Of a stretch of 64,000 bases of DNA, positions 22,820 to 34,500 are shown piece after piece; within the stretch, counting starts at the first letter, position 1; each line of letters opens with the position of its first letter. Position numbers and translations under genes: made by a program. This DNA is from Lytechinus pictus (Eukaryota). A model generated the notes under the pieces. That model saw only the letters and a list, made by a program, of their open reading frames with translations, was not told where the DNA came from and did no database searches. The stretch spans positions 8,370,001 through 8,434,000 of the forward strand of contig NC_087246.1 of assembly GCF_037042905.1 (NCBI RefSeq), in the 5' to 3' direction.

Positions 22820-24912
22820 TCACAGAGGCCGCTCTGAAGATGACATGGATCGAGCAACTTGGTGATGATGAAAAGCTTGTCGGGATAACTTGCGTTGCTT
22901 GGCTCTCCGGTTTTGAAACCAAACCTGTTAATGTTTAAGGGGAAACGGCTGAAGATTAACAATTAAAGGAAAGTGAGTGTTATCATAAGAAAAGTAGAGG
23001 GGGAGAAGGGAGGGAGTGAGAATGGGAGAAAGAAAAAATAGAGGTCGAGGGGAGGGAGGGGAAGAGGAGGAGAATGGGGGTAGAGAGGGGAGGAGAGTGT
23101 TTGGGATTATTACAAAGAATAGGGTTAGGGCGTTGGATTGTTATTTGGATATTGCAGTCATGTAATATTTTCGCGATGTTTTAATTTATTCCCTATTTCA
23201 TTTCGTCTTCCTTTTCCTTTTTTCTTCTAACATATAAAGAAAATTAACACACAGGCCTATCGATAATTGATGAAACAAATCTCTCAATATGGAATATGAA
23301 TTACGCAAATAGGGTCAACTTTGAAAGATGTCCGGCAATGGGTATGACCAAACTAATGAACAAAAATAAGAACTGTGATAATCTTGATTGCCTCTCCGAG
23401 GCAGCGAAACGGCTTATTAAGTTTTGTAATGAAGGGGCGGGGTCGTTATTAAAAAAAGCCCCCCCCCCCCAAATAGTAATAAAATAAAGATGATCATAAT
23501 TGGCAACTCTGAAATCCTAACCAAGGTTATATGTTCTTGAAATGTCATCATAGCTTTTAAAGTATTTCTATTTTATGAAACTTATGCAAAAGGATAATCA
23601 AGTCTCACTGATCATCTTTTTGAGTTTCAGGTCACTTTTCCTTTGGGATCAATGAACTTTGACTATGTTGTATTAAAATTGGAATTTCAACAAAATTGAT
23701 GCTGAGTTTTTTAATCAACATAAATTTAAAAGCATAGGCATATGAATCTATATTTCATGAAACTTTAAATACTTTCAATATAAAATATTACCATGAAATT
23801 TCACCATGCAAATGTCAAATACAATGATCTTAGTTATTTTCAAAGTCAACAGCACTTGCTTTATTGCATCACGTAATTCCTGAGGCGAGAATACATTCCG
23901 ATTGTCACGTTTTCATATATACACATTGATGGGTGTGTGGGTGGGTGTGCTTATGGGGGGGGGGGGGTCCGTGGTGACCCCTGTCTCTATTTTTACAAAT
24001 TTTCATCATTTGTTTTTTACTTTAACTTTACCTGTATTCTCGACTCGTTAAGCTGAACAATCCTTGCCAGTTCTTCTCGGAGAGTGATATCAGGATAAGG
24101 TGTGCGAGCAAAGGCCGTTTCGAGGACATCGAGCATCTCAGCATTGAACGTCGTCCGTTGTCGACGTCGGGGTGCCCTGACCGGAGTATGGAACACATCC
24201 GTAGGTGACACGAAGGAAAAGTGTGGCGGAGGTGCAACGGAAGGCGATGATGACGTCAGAGGAACATCAGGACGGTTTATCAAGGGGAAGTGTATTGGAG
24301 AGTTAGGGGTTGCAGGTTCTCGAGGAGGAGTGCAGGTGACTGATGCAAACCGGTTCTTCGTAGATGCAGAAATATTGGAGATGGGGTCTATATGCATGGG
24401 TCAAGAATTAAAACAATTATTATCTTATCTTTTTGACAACTTACAACAAGGCGAACCAGTAGCGGCACTGTCTAAAACTGCATTTTCACATAACTACTTC
24501 AGCGGGGCCTTTCGTTAGCATCTGACAAATAATCAAATTTGACAATTTTCTTAGATTTTATTTGACTGAGAAGCACATATTTCTGAGGGTTCACTATCAG
24601 AACTCTCGGGTAAAACAGTCTTTTATTGTCACGAATATCCAAGAAGTCATTTCATGAAACAATTAATGCACACCGCAACGCGTTTTACGGAAGGACTATC
24701 AGACTATAATAGACAATATATACAGTAGTTGCGATCTCAGTTTCATTCCTATAAACTCATCTATAAAAAGTGACACAAATGGGAAAACCGCGCCAATTGT
24801 CTCATTAAGAGCAACTACAAATAGTATTACCTTTAAGTGCCGGAACATGTTCTGTTGATCCGCTTTCCCTCTCGAAAATTGGTCGAAAATATGATTGGAC
24901 TTGATCTTCCAT
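22820..24912 (-). CDS. PRD-class (Q50) homeobox transcription factor, Mix/Sebox/Phb-like, about 180 aa, 3 exons
   Basis: Exons 24912-24831 ([27 protein letters not shown], phase 1), 24387-24032 and 22924-22820 ([34 protein letters not shown]). Homeodomain [46 protein letters not shown]|[12 protein letters not shown] with the PRD-typical intron between codons 46 and 47. Exon 1 is less certain than exons 2 and 3. Confidence 0.88.
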
Positions 24913-25845
24913 TGCCAAGAGTTAATTCCATACGCTTTAAAAGCTCTCAAAATTTGATTTGACAGTTTTCGTAACGAACATGTCTTTATCTATCTAGTTT
25001 TCAGCAGATATGATGCGATATAACACGAAGACAAAATCACGCTACCCCGCCTTGAATGCCTAAGGGGATAACATGTTGCTTGATTAGAGGCTATTGACAA
25101 GCGTGAGGTTCCAGGTGCAAATACTGGATGATTAACTGATGTAAATTATAATGCATATAATGTTGAAGAAATATAGTTGCAAAGCAGGTTCGAGCAATTC
25201 GTAAGGAATGAGGATCCAACAGACACCATGCCACAGGAATATGAAATGTTTAAGTACCCACCCCCGCAAAACTTTTTAGATAAAATTTTGCACCGTAGTA
25301 TTAAAGTGAAAAGATGATAAAATGCACTTTTCTGTTCCTGTTCGCAACCGGATATAGGGCCTACATCAAAGATGCAAAGTTGATTCTTGGTACAATTCTG
25401 TAAACCTGGGCCCCGTCTTACAAAAAGTTGCGATTGATCCAATCAATCATAACTCTACAGAAATCCATCAGTGTCATATTTTTTCATTGATGCAAAATGG
25501 CACCTTTCTCTTAGTGTTTTATTGGTCGATCAGATTTTGATCTAATTATTGGATTGGTAAGTAATTCATATATTTTGGTTTGATGAAATTCGGAAGAGGG
25601 AGTGAGATAAACCGGGGAGATAAATAACCACTGACAGTATAAAATATCTTCCATTTGGACCAGGAAGAAGAGGTTTGAGTAAACTAGAGCATGAACAATA
25701 TCTATAAAAATATAATATGTGAGCTGTTGTCGAGGTAGGAATCAATGAGGAAGATGCTTTTTCCACCTATCAAATAATGCTGGTGCAAAACGTGGGCTGA
25801 TTCTTTTTAATACTGATCTGAAAAATAGGGAAATTGTAAGGGAAT

Positions 25846-28562
25846 TAGTCCAGGATAGGCCCCATAGACAAGGGGTCGAACCTTGTTTTTTTAGATATAC
25901 AATGTTTTTTGATGGTTTCTTGTCAATTCGAGGGTGCTGATTCCGAATCTAAATGATGCCACTCTTGTAACCTTGAGCATTTTCCGCAAATTGGCAAAAT
26001 CCAATATGGCCGCCAAAATATGCAAATTACCCATGAAAATCATAAAATTGCCAACACATTAGCTATAAAATGCATGTAGTTGTTGTGCAGAAGTGAAATA
26101 CCAATTGGAAAAGCGATATTTGACAAAATATTTATTTTATTGATATTCAAAATGGCCGCCATAACCCCTGTATACTTTATTATGTAGAATATGAATGGGG
26201 AAAATATTTTTTCAAACAAGAGCACTATTATTGCATGTGATTGTGACCTGCGAGTGGACTACTGTCTGAAAACATGACTATTAACAAAACTATGTCATTT
26301 GTATACTATCTAATGTGATAAATGCTGTATTATGATATTCAAAATGGCTGTCATAGACCCCTTATACTGTGTACAATATATAAAAGGGGACAAATAATTT
26401 TCACAACCTTTGAATTTGTTTGACTTTAAAATGCCAATAACTGCGAAATATTGGTGTAACACTGTCTGACAACAAGGATTTCTAATGCAACATATCATTT
26501 CCCTTGCAATTTCGGTAATTATGCTGCATGTTGACATTCAAAATGGCTGCCATAGGCCCTATCTGTATTATGAACAAAGCGAATGGAGAACTAATTTTCA
26601 CAAGAGTAAAAACAATAAATTGAATGTAATTGTAATCTATACGAGTGAAATATTGTCTAAACACATGATTTCTGGCGAAACATATCATTTCATTTTTCAT
26701 GCATGAGATAAATGCTGTATTGTAAAATTCAAAATGGCCCCTATGGGCCCTTACAGTATTATCTACAATGTAAATGGGGACAAATACTTTTGAAAGAATT
26801 AGGATTTGCCTGACTATGAAATCCATATAATTCTGTTGTATAAGGAAAATATTGTTTGAAAACGTGATTTTTTTAATGAAATATAACATTTCCTCTCCCA
26901 TAGGTGATAAATACTGTATTTTGACTTTCAAAACGGCCGCACAAGCCCCTACAAATTCTGTAATATGCGTATAGGGAAACTAATCATCACCAGAATGAGA
27001 ACCAAAAACGCACGTAACTATGTGATGTATAGGTAAAATTTGGTCTTGAACATGATTTCTGACTAAATACATCACATAATGGTTGAGAAGGTAATAAAGG
27101 CCTTGCTTTGAAATTCAAAATTGCTGCCATAGCCCAAAGTAGTATGTACATTGTAACTGGGGACAGATAATTTTGACAAAAATTTTTACTATGAAAAGCT
27201 TGTGTCATAAAGGTGATGAATGCAGCCTTTTAAAAATGAAAAATGGCCGCCATAGTCCCTTATCTTAATACGTAAAATTTGAATGGGGAAAGATAATTTC
27301 CACAAAGAAACATTTTGCAGCCATTTTGAAATTTAAATATAGCATTTATCACCTAAATAACATAAGAAATTATCTATTTGGTTACAAAATAATATTTTCA
27401 GACGATATTTCACTCATACATGCAACACCATTTAGTCAAGCAAAGCCAAATTCTGTTAAAATTATACGTTCCCATTCAGAAAGTACATAATAGGCCTACC
27501 GTTAGGGCCTGTAGCGGCCAGTTTGACTTTCAAAATACATTATTTATCACCTACCTGGCAGAATGAATGGTATATCTTGTTAGGAATTATGTTTTCAGAC
27601 AATATTTTACTCTTAAATCACAATTATATGCATGTTATGGTGCTGACTCATGTGAAAATTGGTTTCCCAGATCGATTGTACATAATACAGTCAATGTCTT
27701 TTGGCGGCCATTTTGAAAGTAAAAATACAATATTTAACACAAATATGAAACCCGAATAATATATTTCGTTGCAAATTATATTTGAAGACAGTATTCCACT
27801 AATTTACCACAAAAAAATACGTTTTAGCGCTCACCTTGTGATTGTTTTTGTCCTCTCTCACATCGTAGATCATAATTTTAGGGCCTTTGGCGGTCATATT
27901 AAATATCAAAATACAGGGTTTATCACATACATGGCATGTTAAATAATAAATTTCGTTAACAATAATGTTTTTAGTCAGTATTCCACTCGTTTATCTCAAC
28001 AAAATGCATTTTAGTGCTCACTCTTGTGATTTTTTTGTGTCACCATTCACATTGTACATAATAGTGTTAGGGCTTTTGAAGGCCATTTTGAATATCAAAA
28101 TACAGGATTTATCACATAACTGACATAACAAATGATATATATCGTTAGCAATCATGTTTACAGACATTGCTTCACTCATAGATCATAATTACTTGCATTT
28201 CAGTGCTCAATTTTGTAAAAATTAATTTTCCCCATATATATTGTACAGGGGTCTATGATGGCGGCCATTTTGATATAAAGAAAATAAATATTTTGACAAA
28301 AATCATTTTTTCAGATATTATTTCACTCCGGCAGCACAATTGCATGTACTTTAAAGCCAATGTGTGGACAATTTTATGATTTTCATGGGTAATTTGAATA
28401 TTTTGGCGGCCATATTGGATTTTGCCAATTTGCAGAAAATGCTCAAGGTTACACGAGTGGCATCATTCAGATTCGGAATCAGCACCCTCGAATTGACAAG
28501 AAACCATAAAAAAACATTGTATATATAAAAAAACAAGGTTCGACCCCTTCTATCCTGGACTA
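25846..28562. mobile_element. 2.7-kb non-autonomous foldback DNA transposon, Academ-like
   Basis: TAGTCCAGGATAG...CTATCCTGGACTA termini, TIRs of about 200 bp or more, 3-bp AAT TSD (25843-25845, 28563-28565). Internal degenerate repeats of about 190 bp flip orientation near 27300. Confidence 0.8.
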
Positions 28563-29144
28563 AATAGGAAGAAAGATACTGGAGTAATGAAGATGGATTT
28601 CTAGGATATCGATATGGTTAATAACAACTTTGGCATGGGCGTCAGAAGCTGGGGCGGGCACATTTTTGCTCCTATAAAAACTCTTGGTCCCCCAAAAGGA
28701 CTTTATTTAACAAATAAGAAGGAGAAGAAGGAGGAAGAGGAGAAGAATGAGAAAAAAGAAGAAAAAGAATGAGAGAAAAAGACGATGGTAGAGAACTGTA
28801 GTTATTCCTTCTTGTAAGCACTGAATATTTCAAGCCATAATTTCCTTAATAAAGATGAATGTTTTAATCCAAGTGAACTAAAAGCAATGAACCCCAGCTA
28901 GTGAGGAGCTAAATAAGATACCCCATCATTCCTGTTTTAACACAGTGTGAGTATATTTTCTAGATTCCTATCAAATCCCCCCCCCCCCCCAAAAAAAAAA
29001 AAATGCATTCAGATGTTTGTTAACAATTTGAAAAAAAAGCTTTATCAGCTGGAAATAAAAATTATTGAGAATCTGATTTTACGACCCAGGAACTGGTCAC
29101 AGATGGAGCAAATTTATAAAATATGTCTCTCTCTCTATCTCTAT

Positions 29145-29414
29145 GGCCTATATTCTGAACTTGGGTTTAATTTAAACTCTGGTTTAAAGTTGTGTTTTAA
29201 CTATTGATAGCCAATTGTTATCAGCTTATCTGTTACTCCAATCATTCATAACTTTTTGGGAGTAAAAAGTGAATTAGTTTTCTTTGACATTTTAGCATGA
29301 TGAAAATGCACAATGAACATAAGACACACAATATTGGACATTTTTGGCTTCCTATAGTTTCAGCACAGAGTTAGACCATGGCCTAAATTAAACCAGATTT
29401 CAGAATACGGGCCT
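29145..29414. mobile_element. Harbinger-like MITE, same family as 4840-5139
   Basis: GGCCTATATTCTGAA...TTCAGAATACGGGCC TIRs; internal similarity to the copy at 4.8-5.1 kb. Confidence 0.65.
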
Positions 29415-30464
29415 ATATGACAACAGCATGCTTATCTTCAAACCAGACAGAAGGTGATATTACAAAAGTAAAACAATCAACCAAACAATCTAAATTTCTT
29501 TTCTTCAATGAATGTTTATACATTTACCATTTTCATTTTAGTTTACAGAGAAAGGATGAATGAAATAATAAATTCTACTGGATTTCAAAATATAAAAGGT
29601 TAAAAGCATTAATGGTGATCAGTCTGTATTAAGTATCATTCTTATCTATATTGACATATTGCATTTGAAATCTAGTGCAGACTAGTGGCTCTAGTCAAAC
29701 GCATAGAAACAAAATTCACAAAATAACATATCTTCATATTTTGGAGAAATTAAATCAATCTGTTTAAAAGGCACATAAGTAGAAACTTTTATGTACAAAA
29801 ATACAATCTCACTTGAGGAAATTGTGAAAAGAAAAGAAAAATTGTACTAACAGACTACTTTTATGACGTTTCTAAATGTAAGTTTCAGCAAATGGATGAG
29901 CATTGATAGTGTGGCACTTTAAGCAATGGATGCAAGTATAAACTGTGATATACACAAAAGCATAGATTGAAGACAAAAAAAAATCGACACTGAGCTTACA
30001 ATCTCATTCTATTTTTTTGTTGTTGGAAATAACCCTTTCCAGTACTTCAAACCTCAAATAATTGTTCATAGTTTTTTGGCATAAAGGATCATAGCATAAA
30101 GGATCATCACTCTATCATTCCAATCTGATATGAGGATAAAATAAAATAAAAGGTAAATAACTCAGAAAAAACATCAAAATCATATATGGGTGTGTGAGTG
30201 ATCACAAATTAAAAGAACTAAACTTGCAAGAGATCCTATACTTTTTGTACAAAGTACACAAAAAAACTGTATCAGCTGGAAGTAAAAAAAATAAAAAAAC
30301 AAAATGGCTAACATCAGTTAAAAAGTTGAACTATCACATCCCTGTATATAGAATAAGAAAGTTACAGCATCTGTAAATGAACACTGGCAGTAAACAAAAG
30401 TCAAATATTTATTATTTTCATTAATACTGCACAAGACAAGTAGATATACATGTACATACTGATG

Positions 30465-30750
30465 GAGCATTATGTGGGGGTGTCGTGGTCCAGTCTATCG
30501 TCTTTCAATCTGAGAGACATGGGTTAGATTCCCAGCAATGGCGCATTTTCCTTCAGCAAGAAATTTACCCACATTGTGCTGCACTCCACCCAGGTGAGGT
30601 GAATGGGTACCCAGAAGGAAGAAATTCCTTGAATGCTTCAAGTGCCTATATTGCAGCATAGCTAAAGCCGGGGTAATAATAGCAGCAATGTGTATCCTCA
30701 GGCAAAAAGTGCTTAATAAATCCAGGTTATCCAGCTACTATTATTATTAA
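30465..30750 (+). mobile_element. tRNA-derived SINE
   Basis: Degenerate A/B-box-like head (gtggtccagt...gggttagattcccagc), core 'gctgcactccacccaggtg...aatgggtacc', (TAT)n tail. Confidence 0.6.
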
Positions 30751-31573
30751 GTGAAGAGTTTCTATCTATATTCATCACATTTAATAAAAAAAATAAAGGG
30801 AACCTCTATTTCTTCATCTGTTCAAATAAATTATTTCAGGGTGGATTCTTCCTTTAAACTTCATATCAAGATTAGGCAGCATAGATGACTTAATCCAAAA
30901 CTGACTTTGAGTAAAATTATCGTCTAAAAATAAACATATTTTAGAAGGTCATCAGGTATTTTACTCAGTTTCAGGTAGATGTAATTTTTCTGCAACTTCA
31001 ACTTACTTCACAACCAGGTTTTCATTCAACATAAACATTATCACGGCAATTATACCATCTAATGGTTACTATAATTGGACCATTGATTTTGATTTGTTGT
31101 TAAGAATATTTACTGATTGATCATAGAGTTACCATAATAAAATCTGAATAACTCCTAATAACTCTACGATGAGGGCAAGCATTTACTTGGCTCAAAATGA
31201 AGAATATGGTATTAAGCAAAAAGCTTCTTAAAGTCTAGGTTTTGCTCCTCTTGGAATAAGTCTCATTTTAGAGCATCCAAAAACTGCGATTGCTGTTTTT
31301 TATCAAACTCATCTTACAAGCATAGCCAACAGAACGAGAAAAGGGAATACAGGAAAACCAGTATTGAATTATAGAATTTATAGACAAAATAACAAAGAAA
31401 ACAAAAATACAGGATGACCTTACCTCCTACAATAAGTACTTTGATGAACTTTAAAGAAAGACATGTCTCAAAAGACAACAATTTGGGTTTCCATTTATGA
31501 AAATCACCTCCTCATAAAGAACACATTCTTGCCTCCCTGTGGTGTTTTAATCATGAACAGGTTTTAACGAAGA

Positions 31574-34500
31574 TTATACAACCTGAAGTGGATCTTTGTC
31601 TTTCTCTGACACAAACACTTTGATTGTGTTCTCAAACAAGCTGGTCAGTTTTCCCTGTAGCACATGAAGGTAGCCTCTTTCTGTGTTGCTATGGTTACAG
31701 ATAACGACTGATGTTCCTTCTGCTGTTGCTGCAAGGATATCATGGTGTGACATCTCTCCTGTCAGAAACATGTCTGCTCTCACCCCTTTAAGAACACTAG
31801 CACCTGATCCAGCACAGATGCCCACGGTAGATACTTCTGATTCTGAATCAGATTGAAAAGAAATATAACCATGACAAAGAACTGATTTTTTTTTTGCTCT
31901 TTATTAGTGGGGAGGGGGGGGGGATTGTTAAAGTACTTGATTAATTGCAGTGATGACATATTTCAAAAGAAAATCAATGTGTACTGTCATTGCAGTAGAT
32001 CTTAACAAGCTTCTTTCAGATCAATTTTTTATGGGGTGGGTGGAATATCTGACCCCTTCAGATGTTGACTGTGAAAAGTCCAATCTACATGACATTTTGC
32101 ACAAATCTGTAAAGAATGCTGCCAAGTTATCTAATTGCTTTATGGACTTAATCATGCAAATCAGATGCATTATTCCTATTTTTGTCACTATTTCCCTTAA
32201 GTAGTAGGTGTATTAATGCAAAATCTTTTGTCATATTGATGCAATAGTTTGTCAAACATGAATTCATTATATGTTTTTCATTGGCTTCTAAGTTCTAAGG
32301 CATTTTAAATTATTCATTAGCTTCGTAAGTTCCTATTAACATGTTTATATTCTTAAACATTTTTACGGGAGGAAATGTGTTCCAGAATTTAATTTTGATC
32401 AATTTTCAAAATGAAAATATGATTCAAATGGCTTAGGATTTAGAATTTGCAGTAGTTTGTTGTAACCGATAAAAAGAAGCTATTTTCCATTCATTCCCGA
32501 GAAATGCTTACCTAATGTTTTTCCTTGACCAAGCGCTACCTGGATATGGTCCAGCGTAAGGTGGGTCTTGATCCTATTCAGCATTGTTGATACAGGAGTA
32601 GGAGTCTGGAGGGTAGCCATACGTCCAATGCCTGTATTTGTCATTGGTGCCTACAATAAAATAACATGAGATGAAACCAATGTATGCAAACTCATATAAC
32701 TTTGGAAAGATCTATATATTTGAGCTTTAAAATAAAGACCTACAAATGTGTCAAGTTAGCCCATTGAGCCCTATACCAAATAAAACTCTTAAAACGGTCT
32801 ATGGGAAATACTGCAATCAGATTGTGTTATGCTGAGAGGAGATGCAAACATAGTGTTAATTGAACAAAAACTGTTTATTTCCCTACCCCAATATTCCCGT
32901 TACCTTGATTCTTGTTTTTGTCTCTCTATATCATGCAGTGTTAAACCATGGACCTACTATAGTAGGTCCATGGTTTAACTAATTAATAAGGTTGTCCCTT
33001 GTCTCTCTATGTCATTCAAATTTGCAACTTTATTTTATTACATTTGAAATGAATTAAACTTGATAATCAAGCACTAGGAGTGTTTAATCAGAATCTTTGG
33101 AGATGAAGCCTAAATTTGCATATACATATTGTCATTGGGCTGTAAAAAAATCTTAGAGACAGATGACAGATCATGAAAAAGTTTAATTTCAGATAACATA
33201 AGTGGCAATAAGTTTTGAGAAAATCTACCATTTTGATAAACCCTGTATCAATTCATTTTCAACAATGACAAAACTTTACAGAATAAACAGTAGTGGCAAC
33301 CTAGTTTTCCCTTTAGAGGATTCAGGAGTGAAACAAAATCTTAAGTGTTGATAAAACACTAAAGAAAATTATAAAATTATAAAATCATAAATTACATTCA
33401 TTTCCAACAATGACAAAACTCTCAAGAATAAATGATAGTTACCTTGGCTAGTTGTGTGATATTCAAGCTACTTTGGTCAACATCATCAGTGCTTTTCATC
33501 AATGATATCACACTACTCAGATCTGATTTCACACAGGAACAAGTAATCTGGTAATCACTGTAGAGAAAAAATAAAATGAAATGAATCAGACTTATATAGC
33601 TACCTCTGATGTAGATCACACTTCTGTCGATAAACATGAAACTATTCTCTTGTTACTGTTTTTCTTTTATTATCTTTAATAATAATCCCACAAAAATGAA
33701 AAATATCTATGTATCATGATTCATAGATATCACCTGTCCTCAGCAGTAAGCCCTTCTGAAAGGTGGGAGCTGATTCTCAAAAAGTTTATTTTTGATATAT
33801 ATGACCATTTACCACTTACATATATTTTGTGGGGGGAAGGAAAATCAAGTTCAAGTTTATTTTCAATTCCACAGAAATTGTTATCAATGAATTAATGCAA
33901 AACACTTGAAAGACATACAGGGCCGTGAAACGGTTTTGAAAGTTGAGGGGGGGGGGGTACTGACCATGCAAAATATCACAATCAGATGGTCATTTTCACG
34001 TTTTTGAACGGTTTTTGAAAAAAGTGTGGGGGGGGGGGAACCCACCCAGCTTCAGCGGCTCCTAAAGTATACAATGTAATCAGTATGAAAACAATTCAGA
34101 GCTTGGAGAGATGTGACAACAGGGAATATCATGCAGTATCTTCGTTAAACTCTAATGTATGATTTATTAGAAACACAAGTTTGTAATCTTAAGTAGAGTG
34201 CTATTTTTCATGTTCATTTTTACTTTGTTAATAATCTAACTGCCACGGTTCGAATGAATGAATAATAAATAAGTAAATTTCACTTGTGGCTTTCACCACT
34301 GAAGGGTTGTAAGACTAAATTGAATGAATACCTGTTAATTGTGGCTTTACATGTCACATTATGGGTTTCTACAATTTGTTGTAAGATAAATCCTACATCA
34401 GATTGAGATGCTATCACAGATATGCTGTAATCATCTCCTTTCTCTAAACATGGCTCCAGTGGTCTGTTAGATCTAGTATCTGTTAAAAAAGAGACAAAAG

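Noticed and set aside
26040-28536. Several ORFs with repeated 'MAAIL' peptides
   Set aside because: Translation of the AAAATGGCCGCC repeat inside the foldback element, not a protein family.
30465-30540. tRNA gene
   Set aside because: No complete cloverleaf; it continues into a SINE core and TAT tail.
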